Below are positions 48,611 through 62,336 of a stretch of DNA of 64,000 bases, piece by piece. The stretch covers positions 868,001 to 932,000 of the forward strand of contig JASVEC010000017.1 in assembly GCA_030770535.1 (NCBI GenBank), written 5' to 3'. The notes under the pieces are model-generated. The model was not told where the DNA came from. It saw only the letters and a list, made by a program, of their open reading frames with translations, and did no database searches. Source of the stretch: Batkoa obscura (Eukaryota). The position numbers and the translations under genes were made by a program. Position 1 is the first letter of the stretch, and every line of letters begins with the position of its first letter.

Positions 48611-49439
48611 GAATTTTAGGCTTTTAGAGTATAAAGTAATTTTAAATAAATTTTTGGGCAGGTCTTTTGTACTAAAGGTATAGGATTGCTACAGTTGAAT
48701 TCTTTCTATAATAAAATTATTATATTCTTAGACATAAAAATATCTGTTGCAATTAATAGCTTACATATTACTTTTAGCCCAAAAAGAAATTATTTTTAAA
48801 TTACCTTATAATTAAAACTGGTATATTACAGAAATAAAATAATTTTAACCAACAACAAGCATTACTTTTAAAGCAGTTTTTTAAGCATGGTTTATAGATT
48901 GAGGTGATATCAAACTGTAACTATTGTATATTATTGTTAGAATATCATTAAAACTTTGATAAATAAAATGTAGAAAGTATAAATATGGGAATTTACTTAT
49001 ATAGTAAATTCAAAATTACAAGGGTTAAGTTTAAAATAAAGTAAAAATACGAAAAAAAATATTATAGTCAAATGATCTTATATAGTTTATCAAATTAATC
49101 AATTGTTTTATCCACTATTTTTTAACCATATATTTACTAAATGTTAGGGCTCAGCGATGTAAAAAAAAGTACAAAATGCGAAAGTCAAATCCAATTTCAT
49201 TTTTACTACTTTTTGACTATATTATTGCTAATTTAAATCGATTGTGCACCATTATTATTATTCAAATATGCATAGAACCTTTTTCTTAACCCCTATATAG
49301 ACATACGGCTTTATAAACAAGAAAAGCAAGAACATTCATAAGAATTATGATTATTAATAATTAAGCTTTAAAGCATATTTTACTATATAAGCAATAGTAT
49401 AAAAGCATACAAAACGATAAAATCATTTTTATTTCTAAA

Positions 49440-51378
49440 ATGTTTGATACTAAATCAACTTCAGCTTTGATTTTAACAGCACTATTAGCTTATTATGTTT
49501 ATAAAGTAAGATATAGTAGCCCTAAGCACAACAGTGGTAATATGATGTTATAGGTGGTATACAGCCTATTTTTCTGTCCATTAAGAAAAGTTCCAGGACC
49601 ATTAAGAGTGCACTTTTTCCCATCTTATCATAAACTTAAAATTTTAAATGGAACCCTCCATCAGTATACATTAGATCTTCATAAACGATTTGGTACTGTA
49701 GTAAGGATAGGTAAATCAGCATCTATTTGAAGCTGCATTTATTAACAGTAATTCCAAAAGGTGGAGATACAGTTTCAATGGTTTCAGAGTCAGCTCGCAA
49801 AGAAATATATTCAACTTACAATTTTTCCAAAGGCAAAATTTATGAAAGCAATAAGATAATAGGAGAAAATATGTTCAATACAAAGTAATTATCATAACGT
49901 TAAATAGAAATATCTGACTGTTTATTAGTAATAAAGATTATCATCGACTTAAAGTAAGTTGCTTTAAACTCAATACTAAATAATGCTAACTAAATTATAT
50001 AGAAAAGAATACTGGCGCCATTGTTTTCTGATAAAGCAATATTAAACGTTGAAAACATAGTACACAATAATGTAAACAATTTAGTGAAAAAGTTCAATGA
50101 TTATTCACACAGTAATCAGAAATTTGATCTTGGGCTTTACTTTCATTATTTCTCATTTGTAAGTTATCATTATAAATAACTAAATAACTGAATATTAATA
50201 TAAAATTAAAGGATGTAATTGGTGATATTGGGTTTGGAAAATCCTTTAATATGGTAAATGATGGGTACCACCCAGTTATTGGATGGGTAAAAGATACGTT
50301 TTATTTGAGTTTTATAGTACTTTTATTTTTATTATAAAAATGAGATCTTACAAATTTGATAGTTATTTATATTCCCTATATTCAAAAACATTCAATTTTC
50401 CAGTGTTAAAAGTTTATATGAAGTATTTATATTTTCGGTATAGCTATTTTAATTTTAACATGATATTAGTTCTCTTATAGTGCAATAAATAATGCAAAGA
50501 GCCATCCATCTAGAGCTACTATTATGAACGCACTACTCAATGCTGTAGATCCAGAAACTGGAAAAAAACTTGACGAAAAAGAAATAGCTGAAGAATCTAT
50601 TATTCAATTGTAACCACTATGATTTATTAGTTACACAACTAACTTAATTATTAAGCGCTGCTGGAACAGATACTACATCAAATACGCTTACATGGTAATA
50701 TTATTACTTAACTTTACTTGACTATAAATAACATGAAATAGGTTCTTTTATAACTTAACAAATCATCCTGATATATATGAAAAGCTTGAAAGAGAAATAA
50801 ATACTATCTTTCAAGATAAAGCATCAATAAACTATACTCAAATTAAATCAGATTGCCACTACCTTAATGCTGTAATTCATGAAAGTATGAGAGTAACGCC
50901 AGTCGCACCCGGTAATTTACCCAGAGCTGTGCCTAAAGGCGGAAGAGTAATAGATGGTTACTTTATTCCAGAAGGAGTAATACAGATTTATGTTTAAATT
51001 AATTACGTTAATATGAGATTCTTAGACTACCATTGGATCGTCAGTTATATCATGCCACAATTTGCCAGAACTTTGGAAAGACCCTAATACTTTTAATCCA
51101 GGAAGGTGGCTAGAAAATGGAAAGTTTAAGACTAACCCGAATTTCTTTTCATTTTCAATAGGGCCAAGAGCGTGTATGGGAAGAAGGTAAACATATAAAT
51201 CCACAAATCGATCGTATTAATAAGTTTTAGTTTGGCATGGATGGAGCTTTATTTAGTTATAGCGATTTTAATCAGAGATTTCCGCTTTAAAAGGGAGGAT
51301 AACAATAAGATAGATTCATCGTTCTATTTAGTTGCTCAACCCGTGCAACCTATTATTTATACGGTTCAAAAGAATTGA
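49440..51378 (+). CDS. Cytochrome P450, many short exons
   Basis: N-terminal TM segment, PLRKVPGP, I-helix AAGTDTTS, ESMR (ExxR), FNPGRW, heme motif FSIGPRACMG. Family not assignable by eye. Confidence 0.93.
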
Positions 51379-52387
51379 ATAAAAGGAAATTGTCCATTTA
51401 TTAAAGATAATTTACTATCTATTTAAATCAAATTACTTGGAATAAGCTATTTTTTAAAAGGCGACCAATATACTTTTTAAAGTATGCATTAGCATAATAA
51501 TTTATTTACCAAAAAAGGCAAATTTAAATTATTTTCAGAAAATAAGCAATTACGATATTTCTAATGACAATAAAAACTAGTATTAAAATCCTTGGATGCT
51601 TTAACATTCATCTTAAAAGAATTTAAAAAAGCTACAAAACATGCCTTAGATATTTATTGCTATATACTCTACAGAGGATGCATCCTACTATTAAAAAAAG
51701 GCAATGGGCTTTTTATTTTTCCAAATAACACTTTTAACTATTTAATGTAATTTTGCTACTTCATATTGTGAAAACTAAAATATATCTTATCTGACTGTTG
51801 TATTTACTCATACAACAAAGCGATTCTTAGCCACTTTCCAAACATCAAAACTTTATTAAACTTAAATTTTAATTGTGCACTTAGTTGTTATCAAATTAAC
51901 ACTATTTGATACAGATGTTTTTATTTTTTTATGATAAAAATTTTATTTAATGTAAATGATGTACTTGATATCATAAATACTAAATTATATAGCGTGATCT
52001 TCAGGGTTGAACTATCATAGCTTAGGAAAAATATTGGTGTTCTTCTGTAATATTACAAAGTTCTATTTTTTAATTTTAAAACTTTAAGAATAATAAAGAA
52101 TATTATTTAAAATGACCTAAAAATGACTTTTTTAGCCACTTTCTAATACAGCACATGAATTCAAGAAAATAAGCAAATAATTGAATAAATTAAAAAAATA
52201 AAATTCAACCAATCCAATGAAGAGGATTCAAATAATTATTAACTTTTTATAAGTGACTCAAAATTTACAAGGATAATGTTATATTTATTTATTTTGGTCA
52301 ATTTTTCTAAAGAATTACTCACTTTTGTTTTCTTTTGTTTTCTTTTTATATTGCAACTTAATAGTGTACTTATATTAACTAATTAAA

Positions 52388-54394
52388 ATGAAACCAACTA
52401 AGAAACCAGCTGTGAAATTTATGATTGGAGATGGAAGTGATGAAGAAGACCTCGCTTCTCCTGGAGGTTATACTGCTCCAATGATATCTTTATCTGAACC
52501 AGCATCACCTGACTTCAAACCAACTCAAATCATTCTTCATGGAAGGCCAATGTACAAAGATGGTCTAAGTAGCAGTATGCCAAAAATGAACCAAGGGAAT
52601 TTATCTCCATTGAATCCTTCAAGGCTTGATTTAAATGGTATGAATAAAAGTATAGAAAAAAGTGATGGGTATCCATTTCCAGATATGAATAGAACTACGT
52701 TATCAGGTAGTTCGACGCCAAATGAAGAAATGATAGAGATCAAAATAATTGATGAACCTACAAATGGAGATCCACAGAAAATGGAAGCAGCAAGGTTAGT
52801 CAGAAATATTACAAAAAAAAAGTTGATAGAAACTAAAGGAGATATTCAACCAAAAAAAGGTATTTTATCAAATTTACTATCTCTTCAACAGCATCAAGTA
52901 TTGAAATCTCGACAAAAAACGGATCCAAATTTTAAAAAGGAAGGAAATAAGCAGAATAAAGTTAACAATTTAAAAAAGAATGGGAAGGAAACAGTACGTG
53001 GAAGCTTTGATGAATCAAGATTGAATATCAAGGGTCTTATGACTCCCAATTCAAGTTACAAGAGTTTAACCGATTTTTTCGGTATAGGGAGTACGCGATC
53101 AAGTTTCAGTTATGATGATAGTGCCACCTTAAATAGTGCTAAAAAGGTTACTGCTGCAATCGAAGATATTTTAAAACGACAAAACTTCATTGTTGAGCTG
53201 TGTAAAGCATTTATCCTTTACGGTGCTCCTTCCCACCGGTTAGAAAGCAACATGAGTAAAGTGGCCAAAGTTTTAGATCTAGATGCCAGTTTTGCCTCAT
53301 TACCCGGTTTAATGTTAATTTCTTTCTCAGATAGAGATTTACATACTTCTGAAACAGTATTACTTCGAGTTAACCTTGGCTATGACATGTATAAATTAGA
53401 AAGGGTTGTTTCAATTTATCATAGAATTTGCAAAGAGGATATGCATATTTTGGATGCTATTTCAGAGCTTACTTCGATTATGGAACAACCACCGCTTTAC
53501 CCACCTTGGGTTGAACTATTAAATTATGGTTTAGGATCTTTTGCCATGGCTCCAATGGTCTTTGGTGGAGGTTGGGTGGATGCAGGCGTTGCTGGGTTAT
53601 TGGGCTTGTTAGTTGGACTAATGATGCTATTAGCAAGGCGCTTTGAAGGTTACTCCAATGTATTTGAGTTATCAGCAGCAGTCCTCAGCGCTTTTATAGC
53701 AACAGTATTACACAGTCATGTTTGTTATTGGGCAGTCGTTTTATCAGCTACTGTCAATTTATTACCCGGCTTATCTCTTACTGTCGCGGTCGTAGAATTA
53801 GCATCAAAGAACATGGTGTCTGGAGCAGTTAGGATGTTTTATGCATTGGTTGTGGCTTTTATACTTGGATTTGGGCTGTCTCTTGGAGTTCGACTATATT
53901 CATCTTTTGATCCCTCAGGTTATCAAACTGATATTGTCTGCTCTGGTATATCCCCATGGTGGACCTTTTTACTTTTTCCAATGGCAAGCATCTCGTTTAA
54001 TATTTTTCTGATGGCCCATCCAAAACAATGGATATATATGAGTGGAATTGCACTTTTAGGATACTTGACTTCTTATTTTACTACGAAATACAATTTTTCT
54101 AAAGACCTCATTCCAGCCCTTTCTGCTTTTGTTATCGGAATCGCTTCAAATCTTTTAGCTAGGTTTACCAATGTATTACCTATAATTCCTTTATTAGGTT
54201 CTGTTATTCTTTTAGTTCCGGGCTCTCTTGGAGTAAAAGGCTCAGCTGCTTTTCTGGTTGAGAAATCAGCTGAGGGGGCCTCATTTGCGATGCAAATGAT
54301 AATCATTGCTTTATCTATTACTGTTGGTTTGTTCTTTTCGACCTTTGTAGTATATCCTATGGGTAGAAAGCGTTCTACTTTAATGACATTTTAG
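52388..54394 (+). CDS. PRM10: Prm10-like ThrE/DUF1212 membrane protein
   Basis: RQNFIVELCKAFILYGAPSHRLE, LLPGLSLTVAVVELASKNMVSGAVRM, LVPGSLG; about 10 TM helices; ends in TF. Confidence 0.9.
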   Translation: MKPTKKPAVKFMIGDGSDEEDLASPGGYTAPMISLSEPASPDFKPTQIILHGRPMYKDGLSSSMPKMNQGNLSPLNPSRLDLNGMNKSIEKSDGYPFPDMNRTTLSGSSTPNEEMIEIKIIDEPTNGDPQKMEAARLVRNITKKKLIETKGDIQPKKGILSNLLSLQQHQVLKSRQKTDPNFKKEGNKQNKVNNLKKNGKETVRGSFDESRLNIKGLMTPNSSYKSLTDFFGIGSTRSSFSYDDSATLNSAKKVTAAIEDILKRQNFIVELCKAFILYGAPSHRLESNMSKVAKVLDLDASFASLPGLMLISFSDRDLHTSETVLLRVNLGYDMYKLERVVSIYHRICKEDMHILDAISELTSIMEQPPLYPPWVELLNYGLGSFAMAPMVFGGGWVDAGVAGLLGLLVGLMMLLARRFEGYSNVFELSAAVLSAFIATVLHSHVCYWAVVLSATVNLLPGLSLTVAVVELASKNMVSGAVRMFYALVVAFILGFGLSLGVRLYSSFDPSGYQTDIVCSGISPWWTFLLFPMASISFNIFLMAHPKQWIYMSGIALLGYLTSYFTTKYNFSKDLIPALSAFVIGIASNLLARFTNVLPIIPLLGSVILLVPGSLGVKGSAAFLVEKSAEGASFAMQMIIIALSITVGLFFSTFVVYPMGRKRSTLMTF

Positions 54395-54660
54395 ATTATT
54401 ATTATTATATTTGACAATAAATTAATATTTTTGAGTTTATTTATAAATTGCGATTGAAATATGTTCCTGTTTTAATATTTATAAAATATGTATAACTAAT
54501 AAATCTGTGAAATCATTTAACAAAGATATAAAAGTGCGTAAACCATAAATGAAGGTAGTTAAATTCCAAGGATTATTTTGACAAAAAAATAAGTTAATTG
54601 GGTAGTGTTTAAAGTATTTCGTGGCTTAAAAAACTTAACTTTTAATATTTTTTAAAGCAA

Positions 54661-57600
54661 ATGGACATATATCCAAATGAGTATATACAGCACCCATTAC
54701 CAGTGTTATTTATAAAAGGAATTGAAGAAGACTTAAAATCCCCTAAGATACCAAAAAACAACCCATTAGCTGAGTCTTTACCGGAAGTTTTGAAAGCTAG
54801 AACATGTAGGAAGATCAAAGATTTATTAGGAGTTGACTTTCCACCCTCCGCTTGGGAGTCTGGTAACGTAGCCCAACGCTTCTCTCATAATCAACCTTTT
54901 ACAATAAACTTGAATCCACCTTCTTTTTCTAGTACCGAATTATTAGCTGGGACAGATAGGTTATTTAATGTGGCTCTAGTTGATAATGTAACTACTCAAT
55001 TTTTTTTTTAAATACTAATGTATCCATCACTAGGCTTACACAATACCACAGAAGCGACCAAAATCATTCCAAGGGATGGTATCAACCCATTCTCCACTTT
55101 CACCATTTTCACCAGCTTCTCCATTACATCCCGACGGACTCATAGCATCTATTTGGCTAAAAAAGCACTTTAATGAAAACCCTTCTGCTTTATTAAGTTT
55201 TTATGAGCTTTGGTATCCAGACAATGGAAATGATAACAAGGATATTACTCAGTTTAACAACTCCGCGGCTATCTTGAGTGCTATTAAGGAAAAAGATGCT
55301 ACTTTAGCAGCTGAATTAAATGAGTTGAGGTAGTTTCTTTCTTTTGAATTCTAAATCTGTTAGTTTATGTTTACAAGGAAAAACGCCCATGAACAATCTA
55401 TTAAGTTTTCGGTTGTGATTTGGAATTTAAGATCAAATGAAGGTATTTTCAAGTGCATTAAGCTAACAAAATTTTAAACTATATAACTATTATAGATGGT
55501 CTCTTTGAAGACAGGATAATTCACATCCGTAGAGCGTGTGGCTTAGATCAAAGAACGGAGTTATTCATTTTATCACGAGAAGACACGGAATCAATTAACG
55601 TTTTTCTTTCAAAGTAATTATTTATAAGCTTGAGTTGTAATTAATTAAAAAAGATAGTGTCCAGAAAGCGATCTATGAGCCTTCTTTGCATTATTACAGA
55701 GAAAAATATCGTTCAGCTAAAAAGAAATTATCCCGTGTTCCTTCAATGGCTTTAAGAGCCGGGGAGCTAGCACCTTCCTCGCCATCAATTAGACCTCTGT
55801 CATCCCTTGGTTGGACTACTAGATTTGAGTTTAAATTAGCTATATTCTCTTTAATTAGACAAGATTTTAACAACTCAATAAAGTATTTTTGTTTATTTAT
55901 TTATATAAAATACTAAAATAGTTCAGGCATTTTGAAGCAGCATATGGGACATTAAGTGAAATGATGACAAGCTCAGAAATCGATGTTACTAATAAAATGC
56001 GTTGGAATGAAGCCAAATTGTTAATTGAGTGTATGAACTTTCATGTAAATTTATTATTTTCAGAGTTACATGTTTAATAAGATAAAAGATATGTAGGTTG
56101 TATTTGTATTTAGATATGGGACAAGCGTCTTTAACGCAGTTAAATCGCCATGTTTGGGGCTTTAGGAGCCTTTGGAAATCCTTGAATAATAAAGCACCCG
56201 AGTTTAAATTTGAAAGAAATACCTGGTTTGCAAGGCAGTAAGATAATAATATTTTACAATAATGGAAAATTAAAATTTAAGGTATAAATCGTTTGCTGAG
56301 TTATTGGATTGCGGCATCCGTTTTGGAAAGAATTACATCCAAACAGCTCCAAAATCAAATTTACAATCAACAAGTATCTTCCTCATAGGAGGTAATCCTA
56401 CTTGGAAAGGAATCACAACTCCAAGTTCACCTAATAGATCAAGGTTCAAACTACAAAATCCAAGGTTATCGGAACTTCCTAGTAATCAAGGAACCCACCC
56501 GTTGACAATATTACAGCATCCTGGCTATTATTTTTATGAATCAGCCCAATATCAGTCAAAAAGATATTCTCAATATCTTTTATTAAAATCTGAAGAGAGC
56601 CTGGCAGGGGGTATACTTGATAAAGAATCTGAAGTTGATCATACGCAGTTAATTATAGAGTCTCTTTCAAAAAGTTATGAGCAATTCAAGAAATACAAAG
56701 GAGGAAGAATGACTTTATGGGTTGCTTCAGAAATAGCTGACTCTTATCTATTAGCTGAGAAATACGATTTAGCTTTAAAGTATGTACTTTCAATATGTTT
56801 TTGATAGCCTAACTCTATTTTTAGGTTTTATGAGAGAATTGCCAAGACATTTAGAAAAGATTATTGGCCTCAAATTTTAGAATCAACTTTAAAAAATTCT
56901 ATCAAATGTGTAAAAAATCTCCCAGATAATGAAGAATCATTTATCCGTTATTCTATAGAATTATTATCACCTAGTAATTCATATGCTATAGTATATGTTA
57001 GTCAAAAGTTTGATTTATTTTATTAGATTTTACTGCTCCACAAGAGGAAAGGGCAAATGGTATTGAAGCGTTGCTACAGATGATAAACGTAATGGTTTTA
57101 ATATTGTAATTCAAATAAAATGTTTACATGTTTTAGAAACCAATAGGAAATAGTGAAGATGTAAATGAGCAAAAAGTAGTTGTAATTGAAATGGATGAAT
57201 TATCCTCATTTTGTAAGCGTTTGTTTTATCCTTTTTGACTCTAATTAAGAAAATATTAGTAAAAGTAGACTTTGCTTTTAAAGAAAATAATGGCACTTTG
57301 AATCAACCATCGCCATTTCAAATTAACCTTTCTTTATTGAAATTCCCTGCTGACTTCATCTTAAAGTTATCATCAATTAAAATCAACTTTGATAACCCTG
57401 ACTTGGATGTTACTTTTGAAAACGATGATAGTTCACCAACAAACCAACTTTACAAACTAAAGGAACAAAGATATGAGTTTTTCAATCATAACAATGAAAA
57501 TCGAACTAATTATATATCAAACGTCAGTACGAATCTTGAAATCAGAAGTAGTATTATGAAATATCTACAAAGTCATATAATTCCAACTAAATTAAACGAA

Positions 57601-59551
57601 ATCAAGGCTTGTTATCTTAATTTACTTAAAGCCTTTATCTTATATTTCTTTATTAGGTCATAGCTATCACTGTACATATTACTACTGAATCATGGGATAT
57701 TGTATTGAAATTCCCAATTAAATCTGAAACTAGAGTCATTTCTCCAGACGTGGAGGAGCCATTGCCAAATTATCCTAGTCACAGTTTTAAATGGCTTTAT
57801 AGTCATGATGGTAAGCAACTTTGATTTGTTTAGGTATAATATTAATGCTATTCAGAATGTGGTTCGATGACCTTGAAGAATCTTAAGCTTGGGGATATCA
57901 ATAATGCCCTTAAGTAATATTTTTTTAATTTGAAATTACGCTATTTAATTTGCTATTTATAGAGTACAAGCACCGATCTCAAAAATTAGAATTACTCCTA
58001 AGCATTTGTATCCAGCCTATTTAGAAGAAATTTATCCTATAAAACTTGAGATAAATTCACCTGACGAGGTTGCTACCAATGTGTTATTGAACTTTGAGTG
58101 GAATAAATCAAGTTTATTTAGTAACAATCTATTACTCATATTTATTATATACTGATTATTTTAGATGATAAAATATCAGTTGACCCGGACTTTAATGAAA
58201 ATATCCATACAAATATAAAGATTGAAGATATAAACCTGAATGAAACAAAAGAGATTACTGCTTATGTGCATTTTTCTAGTATCTTAGGAACGCGTAATCT
58301 TCATGCATTAGTAATTTATTACCTTTGTTAATTTGTAAATCTTAATTATTTTTTGAAGTTAACGTACAATATACAAACTCCAAATGGGGAAGAAAAGCGG
58401 GAAAAGAAAGAATTAATTCAAATAGAGGTCATATCACCATTTAAAATAGATTTCAAATGCTTAACTAAAGCTGGAGGAAAAACTAAAACAAACCATGAAT
58501 CTTCAGATACTTTTCCATGTGGACTTAGTTTTATTGCCCCTGTATTGACATTTAGTAAAGAATACTTATTGTTAACAACCTTGACTTCTTTTGGTCCAAA
58601 TCCAGTTAATATAAAATCGATCACTTTTATAGACTCAGTAAGTTAAGTAATTTTGATAGCAAACCAACTCATTGTTTTTAGGATTCTACTCGTGATAATG
58701 ATACCTCAAAATCAAAATTTTTGGCTTCCTCTTTCTCATCACCTAATTCATTATTAAGTAAATTACATCTTTATATTGTTGGTTTGTTTTAACTTTAAAA
58801 TAGCGATCAATCCCGAGATTCTTTACTCTTTTGAACAGATATTTGAATTTACTCTATCATGTGAACCTTCACTTTCTACAAATAAACCTTCTCCTTGGAC
58901 TGTAAAACCCGGACATATTTCGATAGAATGGCATAGGTAATTTAATTAACAATTTCGTTATCATTTTAATTTATATAATAGAGCAAATATTGACACCACT
59001 CAAACTTCTACTTTTAAAGCAACAATACCAACTTTACAAATTCCATCTTACAGGTTATATGTTGAATTGGGTAATGTATTTTATTTTTGTACTTTAATTT
59101 TTTTAATTTTTCAGATACCCCAAATGAAACTTTTGAGGGAATCCCTTTTACAATCAACTATACCATTTTAAATGTAACAAGTTGTACTGAAGAGATAGTA
59201 TGTAGTCTAGACATGAGTGATATACCATTAGTATACTCTGGTTATAAAGTCGCAAATCTCAGAGTCCTTCCTCATTCGTATATTAAGTTACCTATTACTT
59301 GTCATGCACTAACCTATGGTAAGATCAAAGTACCACCATTGAAAGTGGAGAGAAAACGTATATCTCTTATTACCCCAACTCAAGTTGCTTTGGCTTCTAC
59401 CCCTACCATACTAACATCCGAGTCTTACCATAATGCCAATTCGACCTCTGGACTAGGAACTGCGGATATTCAGTTTGACTGGAATTTAGAAGAGACTTAT
59501 TTATTGGTCAAACCTCAACACATAAAAAGAGAGCAAGATGAGCTAGAATGA
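54661..59551 (+). CDS. TRAPPC11: TRAPP III subunit 11 (foie gras/Gryzun), many exons
   Basis: MDIYPNEYIQHPLP, HSPLSPFSPASPLHPDGLI, TRFEFKLAIFS, HPGYYF, HTQLIIESLSKSYEQFKK, RIAKTFRKDYW, C-terminal YSGYK...LRVLP. Exon boundaries not all resolved. Confidence 0.87.
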
Positions 59552-59816
59552 GAAAGGATTTATTTAGTGATTCTGGATTATGTTTATATGCTTTTGGTTT
59601 AATCTAGGGATGGAAGTTCAAAGAGTAAAAAGTCGATTAATTTTAATGTTTTTTCTTCTATTGCAAATAAACATTGAGCTAATATTATAAAAGACAATTA
59701 TATTTTTAACATTTTGTCTATAAGTAATGAATTAAAAAATTAAAAATACGTTTATTTAAAAGAAGATCAAGCTATAATAATAAATTTAAACTATAAAAAT
59801 TCATAAAACAAAGTGA

Positions 59817-62336
59817 CTAAGATAAAGGTAAATTAGAATATGAAGTTTGAAGAAGTCTCATTGCTTCATTAACAGCTCCTAAATCTTTTTTGAATTGGAG
59901 GCCATTAACAACTTTTTGATACGTTTCCACTTCTGGTATAACTCCATTTCCACGCATCATTTTTATAACCTCGAATGCCATCTTATATTCTTCCACTTTA
60001 ATAAGGTTTGCTAATACAATTTGGTAATGTGATATCGGGATAGAGCTAAACTCATTTTGTTTTTTCAATGTTGGGATTAATGCATCTAATTGTAAAGGCA
60101 TTAACTCAGTCATGGCACGAAGTTTGAAGAGGTTGAAGCGTGGATTTGTCTTCAATCTAAGACTGTGTGCAAGATTAATCAACCGATGTGCTTCAACTTG
60201 ACTACGACTGGTACTTAAAGTATATTCAAGAAGTTGGCAAAATATAGGCATTGAAGGACCGGCTATCAACACCTTACTGTCAATTGATTTATGAAGGCAT
60301 TCAATTGCTCTTTGATAATCATTATCACGAAGTGATGCTTTAATTAAAACACCATAGGTGATTGCAGTAGGATTAAAATTGATAGCCATATAAGTGTTAA
60401 GTAGTTCCCAAACCTGTTTATGCTGTCCAGCATCAATCATAGTATTAAAAAGGACATTGAAAAAAAAGGCGGGAATGTTGGATCCTTTATGCTGTAAAAC
60501 ATTCAAAAGAGCTAAACCGTTTTTAATTGCTTCCTCGTGCCCTGAAGTTTTCTTAAGCAGCATTATTAACTCAGCACTTGCAAATGGGTCAAGATATCCA
60601 CCATTTGCTTCTAATTCTTCTACTAACTTTTTAGCATCAGCGACTAATGGAATACGACAACATAAACGAATAGCAAAATTATAAACTGGGCCACAAGCTG
60701 ATATAAAGCCGGTTTCTTTAGCAATGGATTTCAAGGATGGAAGTGAATATTTAAAAAGAGCATATCCTTCTTCATATTGACGGATATGCATAAATCTAGC
60801 CAAAGTGTGTGTAATAGCTACTGATGAAGGGCGAAGGAAATTCGAAAGCATATTTTTGATTTCTTTAGAACAAGAATGGGGGTCTTGACTTTGAAGGACC
60901 CGATGGTTTGCTGCTTGAGTTTCAAGGCTATTTTCACTAGAAATACCAACAGAACCTGTGGTAACGTATGGCAAAAGAAGGTTGACTTTAATTTTATACC
61001 CTTCTTTTTCTGCTAAAGATAATTTGTGGTTCAATGAAAGGTTTAGTTGGAAAAGATCAATAATGGTTTTGAATTCCTCGCGCCCTTTTAGACCAAGCTC
61101 TTTCATAACTTGAATTACTTCAATCACATATGTTGGTTCAAATTTATGGCGAACTAATTTACGTAGAAAGAATTGAATAAAAGGGAGATCGATCGACTGT
61201 TTATAGGATGATAAATCGTTACGAACTGCTTTAAGTTGCTTTAAGAAGCATTGTACTAATGAATCTAAAAACATTTCCGGAATATCATTTCTTTGAGAAA
61301 AGGTATAAATATAATAAAATTCATCAAACTTGGATGATTGATGGCAATAATAGCGTATAATATCAGATTTGAATCGTTTAGAAAATTTAGTGTTGTTTTT
61401 AAATACACATTTAAGAGAGTAAAGACCAGCTTCAAAGCCATTGACCTCATTTATAGCATCTAAGACTGAGGTTGTTAGACTTATAGGTACTTGTTCTTTA
61501 ATTTGGGCCACTGCTTTTAGAAGTGCTTCCATAGTGTCCTTTCTTTTGTCGATACGATAAGCTTCTGCAACCATACTTACAGTATTTATGGACAGTTTGG
61601 GTTCACTGTAACTATAAATGGAGCGGAATAACTTCATGGAACGATGGACATTCTGTTGGTCTGCCTTAATTAATTTTGTCAAAATTTCATCCCAAGCGAA
61701 GTTGAGTTTTCCTTTATTGATGCAAACGTCAAGCCACTTAAATAATTCATCCCAAGAGTTCCTATCGGCGCAGATTTTCATCAAGACGTAATAACTATCT
61801 TGGCCAGGAACAATTCCATGCTCATTGTATGTATCGGCGATGAAATTCTCAGCTTCATTTGTTAAATTATATTTATAGCAAGCAAGTACCACTGTATCCA
61901 TGTAATTAGAAAGCCTACGGGATTTTATGTACTTTACTTGGGTCAAACAATGGTCAAGTCTAAGACCTTTAGTTGCACAATAATGTACTTCCTCGTCTAC
62001 TCTTGCTATAAAGTCATCATACTCTTCATTAGATAAAGATTCGAGATCTAAATGATCTTCAGTAAAGGGGGTAATATAAGGACGAAAACTTTGATTCAAG
62101 TTGTTAGATAGATAAGAGTCATTTAAGGTAGCGTAGCGACGAGAGTTGTTTGGGCTATAATCTTGATAATATGTTAAATTGTGTTGATTATAATATTGAT
62201 GAGGAGGGTTATTAGGATTATTATAAGAACTTTGTTGGGAATTTATAAAGGTGCTTAACCCAAATTGACCACTATGGAGATTAGAGGCAGTCTTTTGTGG
62301 TAAGCTACGAACAATTGGTCTGAAAAACATTACCAA
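59817..62336 (-). CDS. Pentatricopeptide-repeat protein, probably mitochondrial
   Basis: 839 aa, intronless. PPR-like motifs PGQDSYYVLMK, VYNFAIRLC, FFNVLFNTM, PTAITYGVLIKA, GVIPEVETY; N-terminus resembles a presequence. Confidence 0.85.
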   Translation of the reverse strand: MVMFFRPIVRSLPQKTASNLHSGQFGLSTFINSQQSSYNNPNNPPHQYYNQHNLTYYQDYSPNNSRRYATLNDSYLSNNLNQSFRPYITPFTEDHLDLESLSNEEYDDFIARVDEEVHYCATKGLRLDHCLTQVKYIKSRRLSNYMDTVVLACYKYNLTNEAENFIADTYNEHGIVPGQDSYYVLMKICADRNSWDELFKWLDVCINKGKLNFAWDEILTKLIKADQQNVHRSMKLFRSIYSYSEPKLSINTVSMVAEAYRIDKRKDTMEALLKAVAQIKEQVPISLTTSVLDAINEVNGFEAGLYSLKCVFKNNTKFSKRFKSDIIRYYCHQSSKFDEFYYIYTFSQRNDIPEMFLDSLVQCFLKQLKAVRNDLSSYKQSIDLPFIQFFLRKLVRHKFEPTYVIEVIQVMKELGLKGREEFKTIIDLFQLNLSLNHKLSLAEKEGYKIKVNLLLPYVTTGSVGISSENSLETQAANHRVLQSQDPHSCSKEIKNMLSNFLRPSSVAITHTLARFMHIRQYEEGYALFKYSLPSLKSIAKETGFISACGPVYNFAIRLCCRIPLVADAKKLVEELEANGGYLDPFASAELIMLLKKTSGHEEAIKNGLALLNVLQHKGSNIPAFFFNVLFNTMIDAGQHKQVWELLNTYMAINFNPTAITYGVLIKASLRDNDYQRAIECLHKSIDSKVLIAGPSMPIFCQLLEYTLSTSRSQVEAHRLINLAHSLRLKTNPRFNLFKLRAMTELMPLQLDALIPTLKKQNEFSSIPISHYQIVLANLIKVEEYKMAFEVIKMMRGNGVIPEVETYQKVVNGLQFKKDLGAVNEAMRLLQTSYSNLPLS

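Noticed and set aside
41589..54394. Secondary-metabolite cluster (lipase, P450, transporter)
   Set aside because: No NRPS, PKS or terpene backbone gene; neighbours are ordinary housekeeping genes.
57607..57663. Possible GC-AG intron in TRAPPC11 (57607-57656)
   Set aside because: A canonical GT-AG alternative (57611-57663) also keeps the frame; undecidable without cDNA.
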